From Candidatus Spongiisociaceae bacterium (GTDB lineage Bacteria; Actinomycetota; Acidimicrobiia; Spongiisociales; Spongiisociaceae): 64,000 nucleotides of DNA. Made by a program: the position numbers and the translations under genes. The notes under the pieces are model-generated. The model was not told the DNA's origin. It was given only the letters and a program-made list of their open reading frames with translations, and ran no database searches. The stretch lies in NCBI GenBank assembly GCA_965202665.1, contig OZ241841.1, forward strand, positions 1,248,001 through 1,312,000. The letters are read 5' to 3'. This document shows positions 37,485 through 45,859 of this stretch, piece after piece; position 1 is the first letter of the stretch; the number at the start of each line of letters is the position of its first letter.

Positions 37485-38922
37485 TCTCGTTTTCCCCAGC
37501 CGGCGCGTCCGGGGCGCCCACCGCCGCCAGCACTTCCACCGGGGCCGCCTCCCCCGACATATAGGTTCGCGCCACCGACCACGCCAGCAAGCCCACCCCC
37601 GCCGCCGCGGCGACGGCCGCTCCCGCCGCCAGCGTGTACAAAGGAGAGACCCCGTCCAGAATGCTCCCGAACCCGGCCCCCGCGTTGCGCAACGCCCCGG
37701 CCGCGTTGGCCCAGTTCCAAGACAGGCCGGTCACCAACCCGGCCACTAGCAACAGGCCGCAGGCAACCGCCCCGCCCCACAAAGTCAGGCGCACCCCCGC
37801 CCCCACCGTGCGGGTTGAAAACACTTCCCGGCCGGTCAGCCGGGGAAAAGCGTACAGGACAAACCCCAGGCCCAGCAACGGAACCGCCGCCAGAACCAAG
37901 CCCAGATCCAGCCCCTCCTGCCAAGCGGTCAGGCCCACCGCGGCCGACACCGACCGGAACCCGGACAGCCCGGTCAGCCCGGTGACCGCGGCGTACATCA
38001 TCACCCCCGCCATAGTGGCCAAAAGGGCGGGCCGGGCGCGGGACTCCTCCCAGCCTCCTTGCAAAGTCATCGTCAAATTGACCGCCACCGCCAGGGCGGA
38101 CAATCCCAAACCCATGGCGGCCACCGCCGCCACCGACTCCATCCAAGCGGGGGCGGGACCGCTCATGTAACGGGCCGGGGCGGCCAGCAACCCGGCCCCC
38201 GCCAAAGTCCAAAACCCGGCCCGGGCCAACCCGCCGGAAAACAGGGGGCGTCCGCTGTCGCGGGCCACCGTGAAATAGGCGGCCCCCAAAGCGGCGGCCG
38301 GGAAAGCCACCGTCAGCGCCCCGCCCGAAACCAAGCCGGCCTGCAAGAAAGTTCCGATTCCGGTCAGGCCGGGAAGGGAGCCGGTTACGTACAGGGCCGG
38401 ATACCACCACAGCGCGGCCAGCACGTAGTAGAGGGAAATGTAGGACCCGCTTTCAGTGCGACGGCGCCAGATATCGGCCGCCGACAGGGCCGCGAACAGC
38501 ATGCAGGCGGCCAGCCCCCAGTCGATCACCGGCGGGAATTCGGCGAGCTCCGTCCCGGACGGCCCCCGGAACATGACCAGAACCGACCCCGCCGCAACCA
38601 ACCCGGCGTAGACAAGGCCGTTGAGCAGGGCGGCCCGTTCCCAACGCAAAGGGGCCCCGGTCAGCCGGGGAATCAGATAGTAGGCGGCGGCCTGGGTGAG
38701 GACGCCGCCCGCCCCGTACACCAGCAGGTTGTAAGCGGCGGGGCGCAGGCGGCCGTAGGAAAGAGGAGCGGCGGCGTCGAAGAGGACGGGAACCGCCAGT
38801 TTGATCATCAGCAGGGCGGCCAAAGCGGCCCCCGCCGCTAGGAAAAGGCAGGCGATCAACATCAAACCGGCGGCCGCCCCCGCCGCGCCGATCGGATTGT
38901 CTCTGGCAGTGGCCTGCGTCAA
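37477..38922 (-). CDS. cbb3-type oxidase subunit I (CcoN)-like membrane protein lacking all metal-ligand histidines
   Basis: Colinear with CcoN: SYGRLRP, YYLIPRL, TELAEF, RPLFS..L...FW, NLTMTLQGGW, YAFPRLTGRE; ~12 hydrophobic segments; zero His in 481 aa. Confidence 0.85.
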   Translation of the reverse strand: MTQATARDNPIGAAGAAAGLMLIACLFLAAGAALAALLMIKLAVPVLFDAAAPLSYGRLRPAAYNLLVYGAGGVLTQAAAYYLIPRLTGAPLRWERAALLNGLVYAGLVAAGSVLVMFRGPSGTELAEFPPVIDWGLAACMLFAALSAADIWRRRTESGSYISLYYVLAALWWYPALYVTGSLPGLTGIGTFLQAGLVSGGALTVAFPAAALGAAYFTVARDSGRPLFSGGLARAGFWTLAGAGLLAAPARYMSGPAPAWMESVAAVAAMGLGLSALAVAVNLTMTLQGGWEESRARPALLATMAGVMMYAAVTGLTGLSGFRSVSAAVGLTAWQEGLDLGLVLAAVPLLGLGFVLYAFPRLTGREVFSTRTVGAGVRLTLWGGAVACGLLLVAGLVTGLSWNWANAAGALRNAGAGFGSILDGVSPLYTLAAGAAVAAAAGVGLLAWSVARTYMSGEAAPVEVLAAVGAPDAPAGENENE

Positions 38923-39137
38923 GCCCTACTCCTTACTCCGTTCTTCGTTCCGCCCCGGGCCGCCATTTGGAGCATACCGGGCGCCGCCCCGACCGCTTCC
39001 CCTTTCCGGTGCGCCGGGCGGTTAACATATCAGGGACGGACCCGGCGTCCTCTATTCTAATGACGCCGCCCCCGGACAAACAGCCTCCGGCGGCGGACGG
39101 GAGAAACGGGATGGCCGGTTTAGCCGCGGCGGGCTTT

Positions 39138-39155
39138 TATGCTATCAATAGCATA
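39138..39155. promoter_or_regulatory. inverted repeat in the divergent ccoN-like / Rieske-cyt b intergenic region
   Basis: TATGCTAT-CA-ATAGCATA, an AT-rich island in GC-rich DNA; provides a TATGCT -10-like hexamer on each strand. Confidence 0.6.
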
Positions 39156-39219
39156 GAACCGGCGGGGCGGTCCAACGCCGGCGAAGGCTGACCTAGCGGA
39201 GACGGAGACAAGCCACCAG

Positions 39220-39996
39220 ATGCTGCAACGCAAGCTTCGGCAAATAAGCGACCGGGAACGTTCCCGCCTCGGCTGGGCCGTTTTTACGCTGGGCTTGGCC
39301 GCCCTGATCGTCGGCATCTGGTTCAACCATTACTCCAATTTTCCTTCGGTGGAAACGGTGACCATCCCCACCGCCGAAGCGGCCAGCGTGCAGGCGGGCG
39401 ATGTCATCATCTACGATCGGCTACCGCATGTGGTGGACCGCACCCCGGTCATCGACCCCTCCCTGCCGCAGACCACGGTGGATCTGCGAATCGAGGTGGA
39501 CTATTTCGGATGGGTGCCCCGGGACTGCCTGATTGCGGGCGGGGACTGGTGCCTGCCCTGGTCCACCTTGGGACATTTGGTCGCCTTGGGGGGCAGCCAG
39601 CTGATGTTGCTGGGGCTGGTCCTGGCCCTGATCCTCGGACGGCGGATGACTTGGGCTTTGGCCTCCTTCGCCGCGTTTTTGGCAATGCTGGAGCTGGTGA
39701 TCTTGCTGGGCAACGTGGCCTCGGAATGGCTCAACTTGGCCCAAGGCCCGCTCAACTGGACCGAGCAGAACGACGCCTTCGTCATCTGGCCCCCCCTGGT
39801 GCTGGGCAACAACGTGGGGATCAGCTGGGGGGCCATCAAGGACTTTGTTTCCATTAACTACAATATGGGGGTTCTCACCTTTATTATTCTGTTCGCCCGG
39901 TTCGTCCAGAAACTGGGCGGCCCCGCCCCGGCGGAGGAGCCGGCCGAAGAGGCCGTTTCCCCCTACGGGCGGCCGTTGGTCAAAGGAGTCAAGTAG
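39220..39996 (+). CDS. polytopic membrane protein, first gene of the Rieske/cytochrome b operon
   Basis: About 4 TM segments, C-terminal SPYGRPLVKG; its stop abuts the ferredoxin ATG. Confidence 0.75.
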   Translation: MLQRKLRQISDRERSRLGWAVFTLGLAALIVGIWFNHYSNFPSVETVTIPTAEAASVQAGDVIIYDRLPHVVDRTPVIDPSLPQTTVDLRIEVDYFGWVPRDCLIAGGDWCLPWSTLGHLVALGGSQLMLLGLVLALILGRRMTWALASFAAFLAMLELVILLGNVASEWLNLAQGPLNWTEQNDAFVIWPPLVLGNNVGISWGAIKDFVSINYNMGVLTFIILFARFVQKLGGPAPAEEPAEEAVSPYGRPLVKGVK

Positions 39997-40452
39997 ATGG
40001 CCAAAACCCAGGTCTGGTTCGAGACGCCCCCCTTCCGGGACGACTACCAGCTGGCCATGGTGGACGCCGAATATGTGGACAGCCAGGTGCGGCCCAAGCA
40101 GTTCCTGCACATCAACCAGGCGGAATGCATTATCTGCGAGGGGTGCGTGGACATCTGCCCCTGGAAATGCATCCATTACCTTTCGTTGGACGCCATCGAC
40201 GAGGCGCACGGGGTGGAGCACCCGACGGACGGGGCGGACAACATGGGGTTTTTCGTGGTGGACGAATATGAGTGCACCCGTTGCCAACTGTGCATCGACC
40301 GTTGCCCCACCAACGTGATTTCCATCGGCAAATTCGAAGGGTCGGTCACCGACGCCGCCCTCAACGCCGGGTTGATCGACTCGGCGCCGTGGGACATCGA
40401 CACCGGGGCCCGCGATTTCAAAAACGGATACACCTACGGGATGAGATGGTGA
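39997..40452 (+). CDS. 2[4Fe-4S] ferredoxin
   Basis: [12 protein letters not shown] and [12 protein letters not shown]; no signal peptide. Confidence 0.92.
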   Translation: MAKTQVWFETPPFRDDYQLAMVDAEYVDSQVRPKQFLHINQAECIICEGCVDICPWKCIHYLSLDAIDEAHGVEHPTDGADNMGFFVVDEYECTRCQLCIDRCPTNVISIGKFEGSVTDAALNAGLIDSAPWDIDTGARDFKNGYTYGMRW

Positions 40453-40462
40453 GGAGGTTGAG

Positions 40463-41236
40463 ATGGCGAACGGCGACCGGGTGAGCCTGCGGGAGCGGAT
40501 CGCGTCCGCCGGCGAATCGTTCCGGGCCAGTCCGTTTTGGGAGTCCATGTTCCGGCCCGGTTCCCCTTTCAAGAAAGGTTACAGCGACAGCCCCCGCAAC
40601 CGCTCCTACGTGATAATGAACAACGTGCTCTACCACCTGCATCCGGTGAAGGTGAAGCGGCACGGGGTGCGCCTCTCCTACACGTTGTGCCTGGGAGGGT
40701 TGAGTTTTTTCCTGTTCATTCTGCTCACCATCACCGGCATTTTCCTGATGTTCTATTACCGCCCCACCTCCCCCGCCGCCTACATCGACGTGGAGGCCCT
40801 GTCAACTTCGGTGGCCTTTGGGTCGCTGGTGCGCAATTTGCACCGCTGGGGGGCGCATTTGATGGTGCTGACCGTGTTTCTGCATATGTCGCGCGTGTTC
40901 TACCATGGGGCTTACAAGCCGCCCCGGGAGTTCAACTGGGTGGTGGGGGTGGTGCTGTTGCTGCTCACCTTGTTGCTTTCTTTTACCGGCTATCTGTTGC
41001 CGTGGGATCAGTTGGCGCTGTGGGCGGTGACGGTGGGCACCAACATGGCCGGGTTTACGCCCCTGTTCGGCAACCAGGTCAAATTCGCCTTGCTGGGGGG
41101 GGTGGAGGTGACCGGCAACACCTTGCTCCGCTTCTACGTGTTACATGTGTTGTTCCTGCCGTTCATCATCGTCATTTTCATGGCCGTCCACTTCTGGCGG
41201 GTGCGCAAAGACGGCGGAATTTCGGGGCCGTTATGA
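40463..41236 (+). CDS. cytochrome b N-terminal subunit (cytochrome b6/QcrB-like)
   Basis: LCLGG (heme ci Cys), RNLHRWGAH...[25 protein letters not shown]...VHF, GISGPL end. Confidence 0.93.
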   Translation: MANGDRVSLRERIASAGESFRASPFWESMFRPGSPFKKGYSDSPRNRSYVIMNNVLYHLHPVKVKRHGVRLSYTLCLGGLSFFLFILLTITGIFLMFYYRPTSPAAYIDVEALSTSVAFGSLVRNLHRWGAHLMVLTVFLHMSRVFYHGAYKPPREFNWVVGVVLLLLTLLLSFTGYLLPWDQLALWAVTVGTNMAGFTPLFGNQVKFALLGGVEVTGNTLLRFYVLHVLFLPFIIVIFMAVHFWRVRKDGGISGPL

Positions 41237-41344
41237 ACGGGCTGACCGCTCGTTGCGGCCGACCGGTGAGATTTGGCCGGGGGCCGGGTTTGTTACTCCT
41301 TTCTTCTCCCGGTCCCCGGCCATCCCCAAAACTGGGCGGAGGCG

Positions 41345-42256
41345 ATGGCGGAACTGCCTGAACATCTTCTTATCCGCTCAGCGGAGGCCCGGGCCAAGGC
41401 CCTGGGCCTGCCGGTGGATCAGGTGCTGGCTGAAATGAAAGGCGAAGCCCCGCCCTCAGACCCCCCGCCGGCGGAGGAAGCCCCGCCCTCGGAGGCCCCG
41501 GCGGCCGCTCCGCAGGCGGCGATGGAGAGCGCCCCGGAGGCTGAATCCGTCGCCGGGGAAACCCCGGCCGCGGAAACCCCCGCTCCCTCGGCGGCCGCCG
41601 TCGAGCCGGAGCCGGTCGCGGCGACCGCGGTAGCGGACCCTCCGCCTTCCCCTTCGGCGGAGGCGGGCAACGGGGCGTCGGCGGCTTCGGTGTCGCCCCG
41701 CCCGGTGGTTCCGCCCGCCGAGGTGCCGGAGGGGGTGCGTCCGCAACGTCTCTTGACCGTGGTGAAAGCCCGCGCCATCCAGCAGGTCAAAGCCACCCCC
41801 ACCGACAAGGTGAACACCTGGCCTCATCTGATGATCGCCGAGTTTTCGGCCCTGATGGTGATCACCGCCGGGCTGATAGTGTTGTCGGTGATACTGCAGG
41901 CCCCGTTGCTGGAGTTGGCCAACTTCAACGCCACTCCCAACCCGTCCAAAGCCCCCTGGTATTTCCTCGGTTTGCAGGAACTGCTTTCCTACTACGACCC
42001 GCAGATCGCCGGGGTGATCATTCCCGCCGTCACCGGCCTGGTCGGGTTCATGGCCATCCCCTATGTGGACCGCAACCCGTCCACCAATCCCGCCGACCGC
42101 AAATTCGCCATCATGCTGTTCACCTTGTTTCTGACCGGTTCCGCCACCCTCACCATTATCGGCACCCTGTTCCGCGGACCCGGGTTCAACTTCACCTACC
42201 CGTGGGCGGACGGCATCTGGTTCGATGACTTGAAAGACTGGGTGCATTTCGAATGA
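41345..42256 (+). CDS. cytochrome b C-terminal subunit (subunit IV/PetD-like) with N-terminal module and Ala/Pro linker
   Basis: TWPHL, APLLELAN..TPNPSKAPWYF (Qo PEWY-equivalent), IPYVDRNP; three TM helices; start MAELPEHL behind GGAGG. Confidence 0.9.
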   Translation: MAELPEHLLIRSAEARAKALGLPVDQVLAEMKGEAPPSDPPPAEEAPPSEAPAAAPQAAMESAPEAESVAGETPAAETPAPSAAAVEPEPVAATAVADPPPSPSAEAGNGASAASVSPRPVVPPAEVPEGVRPQRLLTVVKARAIQQVKATPTDKVNTWPHLMIAEFSALMVITAGLIVLSVILQAPLLELANFNATPNPSKAPWYFLGLQELLSYYDPQIAGVIIPAVTGLVGFMAIPYVDRNPSTNPADRKFAIMLFTLFLTGSATLTIIGTLFRGPGFNFTYPWADGIWFDDLKDWVHFE

Positions 42257-43176
42257 CCTCCGTCCAGCTTCTGGTTTTGGCGGTGGCCGCGGTGGCGGTG
42301 GCGGGGGTGCTGGGGGCTTTCGTAATCGCCTACCGGCGCACCACCGGCGCCTCCCCCTCTGAACGCGCCCGCCGCAAAGTGCGGGTGTCGCGGGAAACGC
42401 GCCGGGCGGACCGTTCCCGCTTGGAAGAACCGGTGGCCGTATCGGTCCCGGCCGAGGAGGAACCGGAGGCCGCCCCGGCTGAGGCTGAGTCTGAGGAGGA
42501 CGAGGAGGAGGCTGAAGCCGAGGCCGGGGAGCTGGAACCGGTTGCGGCCGTGGCGGCGGTGGAAGTGGCGGCGGTGGAAGAGTTGTCCCCGGAGGAGGCG
42601 GGCGTGAACCGGCGCCAGTTTTTCACCCGGGCGCTGGGCATCACCTTCGGGGCTTTCCTGGGTTTGAACGGCATCTCCTATCTGGCTTTTCTGTGGCCGC
42701 GCCTGTCGGGGGGGTTCGGTTCCGACATCGACGTGGGCGACATCACCGAACTGCGGGCCGAGGTTTTCCTGTCGGACGGCTCCATCCTGCCCAAGTTCGT
42801 CCCCGAAGCCCGGGCCTACATAGTGCCCTTCGCCGAAACCGATGTTTCCCGCTCCCAGTTCGAAGGTCTGCCGGTGGTAGTGGGGGGCTTGACCGCCCTT
42901 TTTCAGCGGTGCGTGCACCTGGGTTGCCGGGTGCCGTGGTGCGAAACCTCCCAGGGCTTTGAGTGCCCCTGCCACGGTTCCAAATACAACTTCGCGGGCG
43001 AATACGAAGCGGGTCCCGCCCCCCGCAACCTGGACCGGTTCGCTTTGGAAAATCAGGAGGGGCGGCTGATCGTCAAAACGGGGACCATTCTGCAGACTTC
43101 GCGGGCCATCGCCAAGACCGTCCGCTATCCGCAGGGGCCGTCCTGCATCGCCTTGGACGCGGGCACGGAGGCGTGA
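42253..43176 (+). CDS. Rieske [2Fe-2S] subunit of the bc/b6f-type complex
   Basis: CVHLGC and CPCHGSKY boxes, GPAPRNL; internal twin-Arg NRRQF before a TM helix. Confidence 0.93.
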   Translation: MTSVQLLVLAVAAVAVAGVLGAFVIAYRRTTGASPSERARRKVRVSRETRRADRSRLEEPVAVSVPAEEEPEAAPAEAESEEDEEEAEAEAGELEPVAAVAAVEVAAVEELSPEEAGVNRRQFFTRALGITFGAFLGLNGISYLAFLWPRLSGGFGSDIDVGDITELRAEVFLSDGSILPKFVPEARAYIVPFAETDVSRSQFEGLPVVVGGLTALFQRCVHLGCRVPWCETSQGFECPCHGSKYNFAGEYEAGPAPRNLDRFALENQEGRLIVKTGTILQTSRAIAKTVRYPQGPSCIALDAGTEA

Positions 43177-43179
43177 CCG

Positions 43180-44619
43180 GTGGCCACGTTGGTCGTCACC
43201 ATCGTCGCTTTAGGGGCCATCGGTTGGTTCGCCTACCTGGTCGGGTCGGGGTCGCGGCGGGACCGGCGGGATCCGGTTCCGTCCAACCTGTCGGCGGCCG
43301 CCACCGACGACGAACTGGAAACCACCCGCTTGGACCGCACCCTGATGGGGGCGGTGGTGGCGGCCGGGTTCCTCACGTTGGCCATGCCCATCTACTACCT
43401 GAGCGAGTTCGACCGCCAGGAGGGTTTCGTGGAAGAGTTCGCCGAAGCCTCTTTGGATCGGGGGCATGAGGTGTGGGAGGAGTTCGGGTGCGGGGACTGC
43501 CATGGGGCAACCGGGGGGGGCGGGGTGGCCGCCTACCTGGAGGAGCGCTCCAAAGTGAACGTGCCCGGCTGGGCGGCCCCCGCTTTGGACGACATTTTCT
43601 TCCGTTACGACCGGGACGAAGTACGGTTCTGGATCACTTACGGCCGGGCCAACTCTCCCATGCCCGCCTGGGGTTTGGAAGGGGGCGGGGCCCTCAACTC
43701 CCAGCAGATCGACGACCTGCTCAACTACATCGGGGCTTTCCAGATTCCGCAACAAGACGCCCTGCTCAGAATCGAGGGGACGGTGAACGGGGCCCGCAAT
43801 CGGCTGACCGGGGCCTCTGAGGCGGTGGGGCAGCAGATCGCCGACCAGCAGGCCTTGGTGGAGGAAATCACCAACTCCGGGGAAACTTCGGTGGCGGTGA
43901 CCGACATCGCCGACCGGGCCCGGGACGTCTTGGACGGGGCCGGGGACGGGATCGACACCGACGGGGACGGCCTGTCGGACAGGGCCGAATCCGATCTGAC
44001 CGCCATCGGGCGGGAAGCTCTGGAAACCGGTTTCCTGGCGGTGGATACCTCCTTCGATCCCCGCAACGTTGAAACCCTGATCGGGTCTTCGGATTCCCGT
44101 TCCGCCGCCCGCATGGTGAGCGACTTGGAGTCGCGGGCCACCTCTTTGACCATTACCTCCCAGAACCGGGAAGTCCTGCTGGAACAGGCCCGGTTTGGGC
44201 TGTCTTTCTTGGAGGAAGCGGCCGGGGCGGCCCGCTGGGAAGTGGATTTCCAAGAGGTGGCGGACGGATCCTTCGGCGGGGATCGGGAAAGGGCGGAGCG
44301 GGCCGCGGCCCTGTTCAACGGATACTGCGCCCGATGCCACACCGCCGGTTATTCGGCCGGGCCGGCTTTCCAACAGGTGCAGGCGTCCGGGGCGCTGGGG
44401 CCGTCGTTGCGGGCGGGGCGCTCCCGAACGCAGTTCCTGGCAGCGGAGGACATGGCCGAGTTTTTGCAGAAAGGTTCCGTTTCGGGTGAAGGTTACGGGG
44501 TGAACGGGGTGGGTTCGGGGCGGATGCCCGGCTTCGGACAGGTGCTGTCGGGGGAGGACATCGACCTGATCGTGGGATATCTGCGAGGGCCGACTTTGGA
44601 CGGGCGGGAGGATAACTGA
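43180..44619 (+). CDS. membrane-anchored diheme cytochrome c
   Basis: CGDCH...MPAWG and CARCH...MPGFG; two N-terminal TM helices; DTDGDGLSD motif in the inter-heme spacer. Confidence 0.9.
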   Translation: MATLVVTIVALGAIGWFAYLVGSGSRRDRRDPVPSNLSAAATDDELETTRLDRTLMGAVVAAGFLTLAMPIYYLSEFDRQEGFVEEFAEASLDRGHEVWEEFGCGDCHGATGGGGVAAYLEERSKVNVPGWAAPALDDIFFRYDRDEVRFWITYGRANSPMPAWGLEGGGALNSQQIDDLLNYIGAFQIPQQDALLRIEGTVNGARNRLTGASEAVGQQIADQQALVEEITNSGETSVAVTDIADRARDVLDGAGDGIDTDGDGLSDRAESDLTAIGREALETGFLAVDTSFDPRNVETLIGSSDSRSAARMVSDLESRATSLTITSQNREVLLEQARFGLSFLEEAAGAARWEVDFQEVADGSFGGDRERAERAAALFNGYCARCHTAGYSAGPAFQQVQASGALGPSLRAGRSRTQFLAAEDMAEFLQKGSVSGEGYGVNGVGSGRMPGFGQVLSGEDIDLIVGYLRGPTLDGREDN

Positions 44620-44969
44620 TGCGGGAGTTGTTCCGGACGATTCTTTCCCAGAACCTGCTGTTCACCGGGATCGTGTTGACGGCGGCGGCGGTGCTGGTGT
44701 TTTTCGGAACCATATACCTGTTGAACCACACCAACCTGGGCCGCCGGTTGGCGGTGCTGATGCTGGGAGCGGGAATTTTCGGATGGACCACCATCAACTC
44801 CATCCTGTTCGTGCTCTACGCGCCGCGGGGCCCGCGACCGGTGGATTTCGAGGGGTTGAACGCCTTTGAGATCCGGATCATCCCCGGGGCGTTCGCGGCC
44901 GGCTCCGCCATTTTGTTCGCCATGTTCCTAGTGGCCCTGCACCGCTACGAACGGGACCAAGAACGTTAA
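44619..44969 (+). CDS. small membrane protein, last gene of the bc operon
   Basis: Three hydrophobic segments; TGATG overlap with the cytochrome c stop. Confidence 0.75.
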   Translation: MRELFRTILSQNLLFTGIVLTAAAVLVFFGTIYLLNHTNLGRRLAVLMLGAGIFGWTTINSILFVLYAPRGPRPVDFEGLNAFEIRIIPGAFAAGSAILFAMFLVALHRYERDQER

Positions 44970-45006
44970 TCCCAGGCCCGGAAATAGCGGATGGGGGAGC
45001 TCAAAT

Positions 45007-45324
45007 ATGAACGAAGGAACTGACTGGCTGGACGAGGTCAGGGGGCAACGATACCAGTGGACCAGGCTGGGGGAGGCTTGGCTGGAAACGGAGTTGCGGC
45101 CGGGGTTGCCGTGCCGGATAATCTTGGGAGAGGCGGAAGGGGCTCCGGTTCTGTATGCGGCCATCGGCGTCAACGGGACCGCCCGTTACTGGCAGTGGGC
45201 GACGCTGGACGAAGCCGGGCGGCCCCTGCCCCGAAGGCGGGCCCTGGAACGGCTGTGGAAAGTCATAGAGTTGGCCCAGATTTCTTCAAAAAGCGAAGTT
45301 GAACACAAACTACGCGATGGATGA
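45007..45324 (+). CDS. hypothetical protein (Trp-rich)
   Basis: 105-aa ORF with GGGAG RBS; ATGA-coupled to the next gene. Confidence 0.55.
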   Translation: MNEGTDWLDEVRGQRYQWTRLGEAWLETELRPGLPCRIILGEAEGAPVLYAAIGVNGTARYWQWATLDEAGRPLPRRRALERLWKVIELAQISSKSEVEHKLRDG

Positions 45325-45818
45325 GGCGGACCGATTACTTCCTCATCGCCTCCCCCCGGGAGGACGCCCGGCGGGCGGCGGAACAGGTTCCAGCCCCTTA
45401 TAACGACCTCCAATCTCTGCAAGAGGCTTTGTACGAACTGTGCCTGAACGTGCAACAGTGGGCGGAGGCCCCGGGGTTCATCGCCGTGGAGGAAGATGAC
45501 CTGCATCGCATTATCACCGTCCGCGACGAGGGGGCGGGGATTCCGACCACTATCAGAAAGGCCTTCCCCGCCAACCAGGCGGCGGTGGCCAAAGCCCTAA
45601 GCCCGGGCGAAACCTCGTCCGGCGGGCAACGGCGGAGAAAGGGGCTGGCCGGCGCCATCGGCTTGTCCGCCCGCGGGTTTATCGTCTACCTGGAGACGGA
45701 GGATGTAGCGGCCTGGGCGGAGGGGGGAAACACCATTTTCGCTTACAAAGGCGGTCGGGCGGTGACCGGAACCCGCATACAGATCATCTATCCGACGGAC
45801 CGCCCTCCGTCCGCTTGA
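45321..45818 (+). CDS. stand-alone GHKL/HATPase_c-like ATP-binding domain protein
   Basis: N-box ELCLNV, G1 VRDEGAGI, GETSS...RKGL, terminal GTRIQI. Confidence 0.65.
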   Translation: MRRTDYFLIASPREDARRAAEQVPAPYNDLQSLQEALYELCLNVQQWAEAPGFIAVEEDDLHRIITVRDEGAGIPTTIRKAFPANQAAVAKALSPGETSSGGQRRRKGLAGAIGLSARGFIVYLETEDVAAWAEGGNTIFAYKGGRAVTGTRIQIIYPTDRPPSA

Positions 45819-45859
45819 GCCCGGCGGAGGGGGTTGGAAACGGGCGTAAACTGGGGCGG

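Noticed and set aside
37477-38922. Annotating the CcoN homologue as an active cbb3 oxidase, NO reductase or simple pseudogene
   Set aside because: It has no His ligands, so it cannot be an active HCO or NOR. The frame is intact and full length with retained structural motifs, so it is not an obvious pseudogene.
39370-39500. EF-P/KOW-like resemblance (SVQAGDVIIYDRLPHVV) in a loop of the 39220 membrane protein
   Set aside because: Short similarity judged only by eye and in a predicted extracytoplasmic loop; not supportable without a profile search.
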